Positions 40,897-52,200 of a stretch of DNA of 64,000 nt are shown here, one piece after another. Location: IMG/VR virus record IMGVR_UViG_3300003937_000082, positions 63 through 64,062 of that record, one strand, 5' to 3'. The DNA is from a virus. Taxonomy: Duplodnaviria > Caudoviricetes. The position numbers were made by a program, and so were the translations under genes. The notes beneath the pieces were generated by a model, which saw only the letters and a program-made list of their open reading frames with translations, was not told the origin of the DNA and did not search any database. Every line of letters begins with the position of its first letter. Within the stretch, counting starts at the first letter, position 1.

Positions 40897-41181
40897 ATGA
40901 AGAAAGTATACTTAAAGTTTGAACACTACAGTGCGTGTATATCTCCTATAGCCGAAGCAAACTTAGATGTGAATGATACTAAAGTATTTCAACATCATCC
41001 AGGTTTGGCTAAAGAAACTGGAGAAACGGCTACGGACTCTAACGGAAACGAATATCCTGTTATGGTGCCTGTTCCTGGACATCATATTGATATGTACATT
41101 GAAGATGATGATGAAGTTCCAGAATCATTAAAAGATTTTGTAGTGCCAACACCAGACAATCCAGTACACAGGCTTAGATAA
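40897..41181 (+). CDS. Small acidic protein, putative fibre assembly partner
   Basis: 94 aa, 4 nt after the fibre stop, with an AGAGG RBS; ends FVVPTPDNPVHR. Confidence 0.65.
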   Translation: MKKVYLKFEHYSACISPIAEANLDVNDTKVFQHHPGLAKETGETATDSNGNEYPVMVPVPGHHIDMYIEDDDEVPESLKDFVVPTPDNPVHRLR

Positions 41182-41194
41182 GTGTGTGTCCTAA

Positions 41195-41259
41195 TATAAA
41201 TATAATGATAATAGAATTATTACATAAACTAGGAGCCTAAGAATGGCAGGTTACATCGG
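41195..41259 (+). promoter_or_regulatory. Late promoter plus RBS/start repeat, type B copy 1
   Basis: TATAAATA at 41195-41202; 41202-41259 matches 45242-45299 at 55 of 58 nt and includes AGGAG and ATGGCAGGTTACATCGG. Confidence 0.85.
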
Positions 41260-44200
41260 AAGCAAAGCCTCTGTCGTATCATCAGGTGCGGAACGTAAAA
41301 AGACGTTTGCTATCACTACATCGACAACAAATTTAACTGGCTTAAGCTATACTCCTACGTATGTCCATGTATACCACAACGGTGTTCGACTTGTTGACGG
41401 CAGTGATTATACTGCGACTAACGGAACATCTATCACGTTGTCTAATACCGCCATAAGTGGTGATGAAGTTGTTGTGATCTCGTATGCAACGTTTCAACAA
41501 GCAGATCATTATAATAAGACTGAAAGCGATGTCCGATTTATAAACACTGCTGGAGACACGCTAACAGGAACTCTAGCTGGTACAGCAATAAATTTATCAG
41601 GCGATCTTTCGGCTGTCAATACGACTCTTACTGGACATCTAAGAGGACCATCTTCTTTTACCATTGATCCTGCAACACATGGAAACGATTCAGGTACAGT
41701 GGTCATTGCTGGAAACTTAACCGTAAACGGTACTACGACAGCAGTTAACTCTACAACACTAGATGTAGCAGATAAGAATATAACACTTAACAAAGGCTCA
41801 GGAGATACTTCTGCTGCCGCAGACGGTGCAGGCATTACGATACAAGATGCTGTCAATGCTAGTACAGATGCAACTATACTATGGGGCGCATCAAACGATA
41901 CATTTAACTTTTCACATCCTGTTTCAGTTACTGGAGACATTATCGGATCAAGTTCTTTGCAGATTCTTAGAGCGGCAGCTGGTGCGGCAAGTGTTTTACT
42001 TCAGAGAAACGGAGCGGCAGCATCTTGGTCATTAGCGCAAGGTCACACTGCAACCAATTACTTTGAAATTCTCGAAGGCTCTAATCCACGCTTAACAATA
42101 AAAAACGGCGGAAACGTTGGTATAGGCGAAACTAATCCTTCAGCACCACTTGTTGTAAATGCTACTGCATCTAGCGAGGGTCTTAGGGTTCAGCGAAATG
42201 GTGTAAGTAGTCAATACATTTCTATCCACCAGGCAACTGGTGGTGATCACGTAATTGAAACTTTTGGAAACAAAGCATTAAACTTTGGTGTACGTGATTC
42301 TCAACCAATAACTTTTAAAACAGCCAACCAGACTCGTCTAACCATTACCTCTGTCGGTAAAGTTGGTATTGATGTATTAGCGCCAGATGATATGCTAGAA
42401 GTAGGAGGCACAATAACATCTCGGAATTCTATTGTTTCTAACACTAGTTATCCTCTATTCTCTGCAAGAAGCAGTAGAAGCTTAAATGATTATGGTGGCT
42501 TAAATAAGCAGTATATGAAAATGCATTTAGCTACTCCAGGATCAAGCACCACAGGAGAAAGTTCAGCCCACGCATATGGAGATTTAAGATTTGCGTTTAC
42601 AGATGCTAGTGATTCTACCTTAGACGATCTATACACTTTCAGATATAATGGCAATATGGGTATTGGAACTGTTGTTCCGACTGATCGTTTACACATAAAA
42701 AGAACATCAGGAACGACACTCGTCAAAGCAGAAGTCGGAGGTAACTCTACTGTAGGTTTCGAAATTAAAAAGACTGGATCCACTACTTCTAATTGGAGAA
42801 TTGCAGACGGACAGACAGTAAACGGCATGTTGCAAATTTATGATGTAACAGACAGTAGACTTTCTATGTCGTTTGACGGAGCAGGTAAAACTTTAATAGG
42901 AAATATTCACAATGCGTATTCAGGAGCAACACTGTCTGTTGCTGGTAGCACTGTTCTAGCAAACGGCAATCAATTCGTTATAGGAACATTTGGAACAAGT
43001 GGGTTACAGCTTATAGGTAATGCAGGTGGTGATAATCTAGTAGGAACGATGGGCAGTTCAGAGCCTTTACTGTTTAGAACAGCTTCAGCCGAACGTATGC
43101 GGATTACTGCAACTGGAGATGTGAAAGTAGGACTGCAAGCTGGTGCTTCAGCGACATCTGCACCTTTACATGTAGCAAAAGCAAGCACAAATGTTCAAGC
43201 AATTTTTGGAGATAACAGTAGTAGTATAGATGATCCTTCAATTCAAGTTATTGGAAGAAATACAGCAAATAACGCAATACGTTATACGTTTTTAGGATTA
43301 GACGCAGATGCCAATCTTGGTCATCTAGGTTATAATGCCGGTGCAGGTGGATTTGTTAACGCACTTCATTTCAACACTGCCGGTAATGTGGGAATTGGTA
43401 CGTCAACGGGCGTGAGTGATCCAGTCTCTAGACTAAACGTGAGAGCCGCAACTAATCATACAACTGGATCTGACAGAGAAGACTTAGTAACTTTACATCA
43501 AGGTATCTCAGCCTGGCAAGTAGGCAGAGGTGCAGGTATTCGTTGGGTCGGTGATGTTAGTAGAACAATGGCGGGTATCAGTTCGTATGTATTTGGTAAT
43601 GAACAGACTGGATTAGCATTTGAAACTGGTGGAGCAACTTCTACAGGTAATTTAAAACCCACAACACGTATGGTTATTGATCATACCGGCAAAGTTGGTA
43701 TGGGAACAACTGATCCAGAAAAATACTTACATATGCAACATGGGTCAACTAATGCATTTACTCCTTCAAATGATTCTTGGCACTCTGTTATTGTTCATAA
43801 TAATGCGGCAGCCACATCAAACACTGCAGGTATTGCTTTTGAAGTAAGTGGTTCTGCTTATCATCAAAATGCCGCAACTGGTATTGCCGCAGTTAAAAGT
43901 GGAAATAGTACTGATTATGGTTCTCATTTAGCATTCATCACTCGGCCACATGCTGCCGTTGCTGAAGAACGTATGCGGATCACCGATGACGGTAATGTAG
44001 GTATAGGAATAGATGAACCTCTAAATAAGCTTCACATCGGAGGCGCAGATGGATATTCCTACGTCAAATTCACTTCAGATGCAACAGGTCACACTGGTTC
44101 AGACGGAGCAAGAATAGGGTTAAACGGTAACAATTTACGTATTATTAATGCTGAATCAAACGGAAGTCTAATATTACAAACCAATAATTCAAATCATTTA

Positions 44201-44443
44201 GTTATTAGTCATGACGGTACTGTTACTCCAGGATTCGATGGCAGTCAAGATTTAGGCTCAAACTCAATGAGATGGGCAAACGTTTACACAGGTGACTTAC
44301 ATCTTTCTAATGAATCAAAAGGCGGAAACGATGTAGATGGCACTACAGGAAATTGGACAGTACAAGAAGGAGAAGAAAATCTCTACTTAATAAACAACAG
44401 AACAGGCAAAAAGTATAAATTTGCTCTAGAGGAGATAGAATAA
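41243..44443 (+). CDS. Long tail fibre protein (array member 4)
   Basis: MAGYIG start; NGVRLVDGSDYTATNG; shared stem; about 8 G.VGIG units; cyanophage-type C-terminus RWANVYTGDLHLSNE..GNWTVQEGEENLYLINNRTGKKYKF. Confidence 0.82.
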   Translation: MAGYIGSKASVVSSGAERKKTFAITTSTTNLTGLSYTPTYVHVYHNGVRLVDGSDYTATNGTSITLSNTAISGDEVVVISYATFQQADHYNKTESDVRFINTAGDTLTGTLAGTAINLSGDLSAVNTTLTGHLRGPSSFTIDPATHGNDSGTVVIAGNLTVNGTTTAVNSTTLDVADKNITLNKGSGDTSAAADGAGITIQDAVNASTDATILWGASNDTFNFSHPVSVTGDIIGSSSLQILRAAAGAASVLLQRNGAAASWSLAQGHTATNYFEILEGSNPRLTIKNGGNVGIGETNPSAPLVVNATASSEGLRVQRNGVSSQYISIHQATGGDHVIETFGNKALNFGVRDSQPITFKTANQTRLTITSVGKVGIDVLAPDDMLEVGGTITSRNSIVSNTSYPLFSARSSRSLNDYGGLNKQYMKMHLATPGSSTTGESSAHAYGDLRFAFTDASDSTLDDLYTFRYNGNMGIGTVVPTDRLHIKRTSGTTLVKAEVGGNSTVGFEIKKTGSTTSNWRIADGQTVNGMLQIYDVTDSRLSMSFDGAGKTLIGNIHNAYSGATLSVAGSTVLANGNQFVIGTFGTSGLQLIGNAGGDNLVGTMGSSEPLLFRTASAERMRITATGDVKVGLQAGASATSAPLHVAKASTNVQAIFGDNSSSIDDPSIQVIGRNTANNAIRYTFLGLDADANLGHLGYNAGAGGFVNALHFNTAGNVGIGTSTGVSDPVSRLNVRAATNHTTGSDREDLVTLHQGISAWQVGRGAGIRWVGDVSRTMAGISSYVFGNEQTGLAFETGGATSTGNLKPTTRMVIDHTGKVGMGTTDPEKYLHMQHGSTNAFTPSNDSWHSVIVHNNAAATSNTAGIAFEVSGSAYHQNAATGIAAVKSGNSTDYGSHLAFITRPHAAVAEERMRITDDGNVGIGIDEPLNKLHIGGADGYSYVKFTSDATGHTGSDGARIGLNGNNLRIINAESNGSLILQTNNSNHLVISHDGTVTPGFDGSQDLGSNSMRWANVYTGDLHLSNESKGGNDVDGTTGNWTVQEGEENLYLINNRTGKKYKFALEEIE

Positions 44444-45018
44444 TGACTTGGAGCAATAGCTTAGATTGGGATCAACTTCAACCTATTTGGACCCATGGAT
44501 CTGGTGGCAGCGGTGATAATATACAATATATTTACAATTATGGCACAAAAATATACGCTAATAATGGTAACAATGGTCCCGCTATGAGTGGTTTCGTTAA
44601 AGGTATAGCTAGAGGTCGGTTTAAGATTCAATTTAAACTAGGATACGCATGGGGATGGTCAATGTTCTTTATGGCTGATCAATCTCTTGTCGACCCAGCG
44701 TCACCATCTACTAGCCCGGCAGTGGCAGCCAATACCAATGGTGTACGTTTTATGAACAATAGTTCAAATAATAAGCTTGATATAGACAAAAATGTGAATG
44801 GAACAGTCACTCGAATCCGTACAGGTACAGGTGTATCAGATAGTACTTTGATTACTTTGCGTAGAGATTCAAGCAATGTTGTTCATATCAAGGTAGGATC
44901 TGAAACCTCGTTAACAGTAGGAACCTTTACCAACACTTTTGCATTTGGTTGTACACTACAATCTCCGTCTTCAGTCGAACTTATTACGGCTATAAACATC
45001 AGCGACGGACCTAGTTAA
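44443..45018 (+). CDS. Putative beta-sandwich (lectin/SPRY-like) fibre-tip protein
   Basis: 191 aa, TAATG-coupled to the fibre; aromatic and beta-rich. The fold is a guess. Confidence 0.55.
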   Translation: MTWSNSLDWDQLQPIWTHGSGGSGDNIQYIYNYGTKIYANNGNNGPAMSGFVKGIARGRFKIQFKLGYAWGWSMFFMADQSLVDPASPSTSPAVAANTNGVRFMNNSSNNKLDIDKNVNGTVTRIRTGTGVSDSTLITLRRDSSNVVHIKVGSETSLTVGTFTNTFAFGCTLQSPSSVELITAINISDGPS

Positions 45019-45029
45019 AGGAGAAGATT

Positions 45030-45227
45030 ATGGATTTTTCAGAACACAACCCTGCAGTAATAGCAATAGCCGCACACTTATGTGGTTATACAAAATCTGT
45101 AGCTATAAATGAAGATGGAAGTCTTGAGTGGTTTGGAGAAGAAACTCATCCAAGTGACTCAGAGATGACCGCAAAACTATCAGCAAGCCAAACCGAGTAT
45201 GATACTAATGGCGCAAGAACTGACTGA
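45030..45227 (+). CDS. Small acidic protein, putative fibre partner
   Basis: 65 aa, strong AAGGAG RBS; LEW..HPSDSEM resembles XkdW-like small tail proteins. Confidence 0.65.
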   Translation: MDFSEHNPAVIAIAAHLCGYTKSVAINEDGSLEWFGEETHPSDSEMTAKLSASQTEYDTNGARTD

Positions 45228-45236
45228 GTAGATAAG

Positions 45237-45299
45237 CATAAATAATGACAATGGAATTATTATATAAACTAGGAGCCTAAGAATGGCAGGTTACATCGG
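45237..45299 (+). promoter_or_regulatory. Late promoter variant (CATAAATA) plus RBS/start repeat, type B copy 2
   Basis: Near-identical to 41202-41259 at an offset of 4040 nt. Confidence 0.8.
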
Positions 45300-48200
45300 C
45301 ATACAGCCAACACCACAGGCTACACAGACTAGAGATACTTTTACAGCTACGAGCAACCAGGCATCATTTCCTACCTCAGGCTATACACCAGAATTTCTAG
45401 ATGTGTTCATGAATGGTGTGCATCTACTAAACGGAGTTGATTACACAGCCAGTAATGGATCTGATGTGGTGCTTACTGTAGGCGCAACTGCTGGCGATAT
45501 AATTGAAGTCGTTGCTTATAGTACTTTCACACTCACTGATCAAACATTTACTGGCACTACTACGTTAGGTTCAACGCTACGAGCGCCATCTACGTTCACT
45601 ATCGATCCAGCAGTTCACGGAGCCAACTCGGGCACAGTAGTTATTGCTGGAGACTTAACCGTAAACGGTACTACGACTACAATTAATTCTACGAGTATAT
45701 CTTCAGCAGACAAAAATATTACATTGGGCGCTGGCGGTACTGCTTCAGGAAATGACGGTGCTGGAATAACGATAGACGGAGCAAGTGCTTCGTTGACATA
45801 TGTTCACAGTGGCACGAAGTTCTTATTCAATAAAGATTTACATATTACAGGTGGACTTCATCCAACACAGAACTTAGAGTTGAACACAAACTATCGTGTA
45901 AGATGGAACGACTCTAATAATTACTCTATAATGAGCGATGCGAATAACTATATAAGAACTTATATAGGTGGCGCTCAGATCCTAAGTGCTGAGTCAACAG
46001 GCATAACAGTAACAGGCGAAATAGATGCATCCACACTATTAAAAGTTGGTGTGAATGATACTGAGTACGCTAACAACTACATTCGCTTCAAGCCTACAGG
46101 TGCCGCATACATTGATCACAATACAGCTGGTCAAGTAATTAACTTTAGAGTTACAGCATCTAGTGCTTTAGACACTACACCTTTAGTGGTTAAGGCTGCC
46201 GGTATAGCCGTTGCTGGTACTGTTGAAGCTACAGGAATTAGTACAAGCGGTACTTTCTTAAAAACTGGAACTAACGGAAATTACACAATAGCCGCAAATG
46301 GTAATGACTTTTACTATGGTCGCAATGGAACTAACTACCACATAGCAGGAACTGCCAATGGAGGCTTTCAGTTTTTAACAGGTTCTAGTTCTCTCGAAGC
46401 TCTTAGAATTACCTCTGCACAAAATGTCAATATTGCCCGAGGCAAACTTAGCATCGGGACGACGGGTACGCCTACATCACATCTCGACATTAGAGGCAGT
46501 GGCGATGTGGATATGATGTCTAAGATTATCAATACACAGCAAACTACAAATGGCCGCAAGACAGAATTTCTTTTTGGTAAGGATAATGGAGCTAATTTAA
46601 GTGGCGTACTAAAGTATGTTTATGAGGGAACTCAAGCCGATAGAAGAATTGATTTAGTTCATTACGGAACATCGAATGGGTTGAGTATTCTTGATGGCGG
46701 CAACGTTGGTATTAATGAAATTGCTCCAGCTACTAAACTTCACGTTGTTGGTGGTACCTCAAACAGCACTATGTATGAAACGGCTGTATTTGCGGGAGGT
46801 GCAAACTCAACTAGTGGTTCAGGTGCTCGAATTCGGATTACTGGTTGTGAGAATGATCCACTTTCTCGTGGTACAATTATTGAAGGTAAGATGGTTGATA
46901 ACCAAAATTCACACGAATTGAATTTTTACACGAGTGCGGCAGCCTCAGCACCCGCAAAACGACTTACTGTCGACCAGAACGGCAATGTATATGTAAAAGG
47001 TGCCGTAAACTTATCTACAACTGCTGGTAACACTAACTTTCAAGTGCTTACTACTAATTCTCAAGCCGCAAATTTAGGAGGAAGCATTGGTATGGGTGGT
47101 GTGTATAATGCTACCAATCAAATAACCTTCGCTGAGATTCACGGAAAGAAAGAGAATAGCACGGCTGCGAATCTAAAAGGCTACATGGCATTTGTTACTA
47201 GAGATGACGGTGGTTCTTCGGAAAAGATGAGAATTACCAGCACAGGCAACGTGGGTATTGCAAAAACCTCTCTTGCCACATGGAGTTCAGGTTATAAAGC
47301 ACTGCAAATTGGTGGCAGAGGTTTTGTCGGAGCGCATACTGGTAGTGACCTTTATCTTGGACAAAACTCTTCCTTCAATGGCGGTTGGAAATATGAAGCT
47401 TCAGTAGCCGCATCACTGACACAACACTCTGGTGGTAAAATAACTCACTTTGTTGCTCCAGCAGGAACAGCAGGTAATGCAATAACCTGGAATAGAGCAA
47501 TAGATATAAACCCAACCGGCGAAGTTGCAATGGGTTTAACACCATCTAATGGAATTGCTTTGAAGATAGGTAATAGTGCAAATAATTCAGCCATAACACG
47601 AATTACAAATGGTACTGTTCATGTTGATTTAACTGCATCTTCAAGTGGTAAGGCCTTCTTAGAAGTTGGTACAAATCATCCTTTGATTCTTGCAACAAAT
47701 GCTCAAGAACGTATGAACATAACTACGTCTGGCTACATCCACATGGCAGGGGCATCCGATGTTCGTTTAACCCTTGGTTCTCAAGGCACAGCAGGGAACA
47801 ATGATGCTAACTGGATTAGAGGTAATGCATCTACTTTAAGTTATAACTCAGCATCTGGCGATCATTATTGGGAAGTAGGTGGTGCTGAAAAGATGCGCTT
47901 GTTGGCTGACGGTCAGTTACGAGTAAATCGTAGCACTACAGCCGAATATGCTACCTCCTTTAGAAACACAGCAGATAATTTACAACTGCTAATAGGAACT
48001 ACAACTGGCGGTCTTCTTAATATACAAGGTAAAACAATTAATAACGGTACGGCTTATGGAATTGCATTACAAGGAGAAGGCGGTAATGTCGGTATCGGAG
48101 ATTTAGCTCCAGACAGAAAAGTGAGTATAGTTGGGGAAAACAATACTACTAATAGTCAATATCCATTATCTCTTGACGCTGTAAATACGGACTATACTCT

Positions 48201-49002
48201 AGAGTTCAGAAGAAATGGAACGTCTGAATGGTGGATCAGACAATCGTCAAGCGGTTTTCACATACATGAGAATGGAGATGGTGACCATTTAACGGTAAAG
48301 TCGGGCGGTAGTATTGGTATTGCTACAACAGATCCCAAAGCTGTGTTAGAGATTCGTGGAAAGAATGAAGCAGAAGATGCTACTGATTCAGATGATGCTA
48401 CTGGAGCAGAAATACCTATTACAATGATTAGAGGCGCCAACGGTGGATCTGCTCAAGAGTGGGTGCATTCAACTAAAGCTGTTGCGCCAGGTGTAGGAAC
48501 ACAAACTGCTATGATCTCATGGTACCGATTTGATCTGCCAGGAGGTTGGTCAGGAACAGGTACTCCCGGACTCTTAGAAGTGACTAACCAGATAAGCGGT
48601 ATGCACTCTTCTGGTAACGCTGTTGATAGATTTATGATTATTCCTTCGAACAGTCATAGTAGTATTCAGCTTTATGGTGGCCTACAAAATACTCAAGTAT
48701 ATAGAACTTTTGCCGCAAGAAATAATTCAGGTTCATACACAACTTCACTAAGCACAGTGTTCTATTACGGTAATCACTCTAGCCATGGTTACGCACAAGG
48801 ATCTATATTCATGAAAGTTACTCACGCTTCAAGAGAACCTATATTCACAATGTACGCTAAGTATATTGGTGGTACTGGAAGCAATAGAAACTATCTACAA
48901 AAACTACACTTCTTAGGAACAGAAGCAACGAATAATCACGTACCAAGTACTATTCATAGTTCGCCTATATCGATAACTGATTCAGCAGGAGGAACAGTAT
49001 AA
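45283..49002 (+). CDS. Long tail fibre protein (array member 5)
   Basis: MAGYIG start; LDVFMNGVHLLNGVDYTASNG; shared stem; about 6 G.VGI units; unique tip. Confidence 0.8.
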   Translation: MAGYIGIQPTPQATQTRDTFTATSNQASFPTSGYTPEFLDVFMNGVHLLNGVDYTASNGSDVVLTVGATAGDIIEVVAYSTFTLTDQTFTGTTTLGSTLRAPSTFTIDPAVHGANSGTVVIAGDLTVNGTTTTINSTSISSADKNITLGAGGTASGNDGAGITIDGASASLTYVHSGTKFLFNKDLHITGGLHPTQNLELNTNYRVRWNDSNNYSIMSDANNYIRTYIGGAQILSAESTGITVTGEIDASTLLKVGVNDTEYANNYIRFKPTGAAYIDHNTAGQVINFRVTASSALDTTPLVVKAAGIAVAGTVEATGISTSGTFLKTGTNGNYTIAANGNDFYYGRNGTNYHIAGTANGGFQFLTGSSSLEALRITSAQNVNIARGKLSIGTTGTPTSHLDIRGSGDVDMMSKIINTQQTTNGRKTEFLFGKDNGANLSGVLKYVYEGTQADRRIDLVHYGTSNGLSILDGGNVGINEIAPATKLHVVGGTSNSTMYETAVFAGGANSTSGSGARIRITGCENDPLSRGTIIEGKMVDNQNSHELNFYTSAAASAPAKRLTVDQNGNVYVKGAVNLSTTAGNTNFQVLTTNSQAANLGGSIGMGGVYNATNQITFAEIHGKKENSTAANLKGYMAFVTRDDGGSSEKMRITSTGNVGIAKTSLATWSSGYKALQIGGRGFVGAHTGSDLYLGQNSSFNGGWKYEASVAASLTQHSGGKITHFVAPAGTAGNAITWNRAIDINPTGEVAMGLTPSNGIALKIGNSANNSAITRITNGTVHVDLTASSSGKAFLEVGTNHPLILATNAQERMNITTSGYIHMAGASDVRLTLGSQGTAGNNDANWIRGNASTLSYNSASGDHYWEVGGAEKMRLLADGQLRVNRSTTAEYATSFRNTADNLQLLIGTTTGGLLNIQGKTINNGTAYGIALQGEGGNVGIGDLAPDRKVSIVGENNTTNSQYPLSLDAVNTDYTLEFRRNGTSEWWIRQSSSGFHIHENGDGDHLTVKSGGSIGIATTDPKAVLEIRGKNEAEDATDSDDATGAEIPITMIRGANGGSAQEWVHSTKAVAPGVGTQTAMISWYRFDLPGGWSGTGTPGLLEVTNQISGMHSSGNAVDRFMIIPSNSHSSIQLYGGLQNTQVYRTFAARNNSGSYTTSLSTVFYYGNHSSHGYAQGSIFMKVTHASREPIFTMYAKYIGGTGSNRNYLQKLHFLGTEATNNHVPSTIHSSPISITDSAGGTV

Positions 49003-49235
49003 TGGAAGTGTTTTTTATATATCAGAAATCAGATCGAGTGATAACTGGACTACTTGCAGGCACTACAGATGGTTTTATAGAAACAGATACACACGCTGTA
49101 TCTACGAACAAATTAGCTTGGACAGAAGTCGTTACTGTCAGCGGTGAAGAAATGAGTGCCACATTTGAAGATGTAGAAAGCACTATAAACGAAGATTATA
49201 GCGTAGATTCAAACGGATTGGCAAGCGCCGAATAA
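49002..49235 (+). CDS. Small acidic protein, putative fibre partner
   Basis: 77 aa; TAATG coupling and AGGAGG RBS. Confidence 0.65.
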   Translation: MEVFFIYQKSDRVITGLLAGTTDGFIETDTHAVSTNKLAWTEVVTVSGEEMSATFEDVESTINEDYSVDSNGLASAE

Positions 49236-49248
49236 AGGATAAACAAAT

Positions 49249-52200
49249 ATGAGTAAAGCCAGAGATTTAGCAGATAGCGCCGATAAGGATATCGCTGGTA
49301 CTATTGTACTTGACGATATAACGCTATCTAATGACATGAGTGTTGCCGATAACGGCAAGGTAATATTTGGTAATGATGCCGACCTTGAGATTTTGTACGA
49401 TACCACTAACAGTATTATCAAAACTACTAACACTCATAGTTTTAAACTTATGAATGGAAGTAGCGACTATATTGTAGCTACTCCTGCTAACGCAGTAACT
49501 TTATATCATAATGGTTCACCAAAACTGGCTACGGCTGCTGGTGGCGCTAATGTAACAGGAACACTTACAGCAGGAAGTGGTATAGCCGTAACCAACGGAA
49601 CTTCTGATTTTTCTAGAACACACTCTACAACTGTTAACACGCTTCAAATTTTAGATTTAAAGGCTACAAGTGCGGGAAATATGGCTGACGGTTTTGGGCC
49701 ATCTATACACTTTTCCGCATCTGATACAGGAACAACTAGTAACCAAGTTGCAGAAATTAATGCAGTGAGAGCAGGGTCTGATACGACATTTAATCTCGAA
49801 TTGCAAACTGCTGATGCTACTAGAATGACTATAGGTAATGGTTTTGTCGATATAACAGGTACTTTAAATCTTTCCAACAACAATACTAACAATACTAATA
49901 AAGAAGGACATTTATTAGCCCGTCAATACGCCTCTGGAACAGAGACAGAAGGTTTTCAGGTATTACAATACTTTTCAAACTCATCCGTTAATAGAATAGA
50001 TGTGGGCGGTGCGGCTTCAACATACAATGCCGCTACTGCAATCAATTTTTATACTGCCGCAAATACAACAACACGAACAGGTACAAATAGATTAGCTATT
50101 GATTCAACTGGTGCTACCTTCACCGATGATGTGTTTGTCGGTGCGGGTGACTATGGAGATAAACTTAATGTAACTGGTACAGGACATTTTACTGGAAATG
50201 TAACTATATCTCGCCAAACTAATGATTCAGGCTCTACAGGTTTGACTTTTGAAAAAACAAGAAGCACTTCTGTAAACGGTAATACAATTGTGAATTCTGG
50301 TGATCAGTTAGGTTATATAGCATTTCGTGGAAATGATGGAGATCAGTTTTTAGACGGTGCTTATATTCTTGCTTTTGTGGACTCTAGCCCAGCCAATAAT
50401 GATATGCCAACTAACTTACAGTTTTGGACAACTGAAGATGGCAATAGTTCTCCTACGGAACGCATGAGAATAGCCCAAGACGGGCGTGTTGGCATTGGTC
50501 TTGGCGGATCTAACCCTTCGTACATGCTTCACGTAGATGGCGGATCTAACCCAGCCGCAAGATTTGAGCAAAACTCTTCCTCTGTACAAATTGGTGAGTT
50601 TAGCAGTGGAGCTGTCATATGGATGGACGGATCTAACGGAGACCTTTCTGGGTCTGACTACTTTGGTATTCATGCCCTAAACACTACTGATTTATCTTTC
50701 AGTGCTGATGGTGGTGTAATACGCATGACTATGAAGAATGATGGTAAACTTGGTATTGGAACAGCGAATCCAAGTGAAAAACTTGAAGTAGCTGGTACAG
50801 CTTTAGTAGAAAACGCTAAATTAAAAGCAATCTCTGAAAACAAGACAGACACAGCAGTTGACGTATTCGTATACGATACACGCAAAGATAGCGATGGTGG
50901 TGCATGGAGAAAGCGTACACAGAACACAAGCTGGTACAACGAAACACTCAACACATCTACTCGTGGAGCAAGAAAAGAATTTCCTTGTGTTGCTGTGATT
51001 GTTGTAAAAACAGACTCCACAGTTGTTATCTATGACGGTGATGATCCTGATATGCCAATGTGGATGGTGTTTAATGTAGCAAATAACACTTGGTTAAAAC
51101 ATTCGGGAAGCGGAGGATGTAAAGCAGTTGTAGCAAGAGATGGTATCATGGTTACAGGTGGAGATATACGAGGATCAATCGTTCGATTTATTGCTGACGA
51201 TGGCAATGTTTTTGAATCCAGTCATAACTACGAACACGATGGCATAGTCACTCGAAATACTTCTGGTGTAGGTCCATCCATTGGTCCTATTAGAATTGTA
51301 CACAACACAGTTAATGATGTAGCGATTACAGTTCTTCCAAATGCTCCTATAGATGCCGACACTGGACTACCTGTACCAACCATTGCAGTAGCTACAAGCG
51401 GTGGTGTGACTGTTATCAAAGACGATGGCAATTGTGTTGATATTACTTATACCACTATTTACAAAATTATTATGTTTATTGACTTCACTAAAGACAATAA
51501 TATTATTTTTGGTAATGACGGTTACACAAGTTTACAGCGATGGGTTAAAGTTTATGAGATTCCATTAACAGATCAAACCGGGAGCAATGGATCAGATAGG
51601 TCAGGCGCACTGTTCCATTATATTCCTTACACAAACACAGGTGCATATGGAGCAAATCCAGAACATATGTTTCCTGAAAACGTAAAGTTACTTGACGTTA
51701 TAAGTAATGCAGTTGCGACAGATGATATTGGAGCTGTTAGAATATCAGATGATGGTAAATTATTAGCTTACATCGCATCAGATTACAATACTGGTTACAT
51801 GAACGCTGATACTAAGTTAGCTACACTTGCAAGCACGGATGATGCTAATATATCTGCATCAGGCAACACAAATCTTTTAGTTGGAGGGTGGACAAACAAC
51901 GGAAGTTTCCCTTACGAAACATTCACACAATCTGGATTAGATATAACTTCAGCTATTAACACGACAGCATATGGCGCTCTCAATAAAACATGGACAGCAG
52001 TACCTGGTAGGACGTATACAGCTAAGTTTAATCTTACACTCAACAGTGGAGTAGCGCCAAGATTGTTTGTGCAAACAACTTCAAGCTTTGGTAACGGACT
52101 AGAGTATCAAACTGTTAACGGAGTGAATTGTTTCACATTTAGAGCAACAATGAGTTCGAGTAGTTACTTTACATTCGCTACAAGCAATGGTGATGCAACA

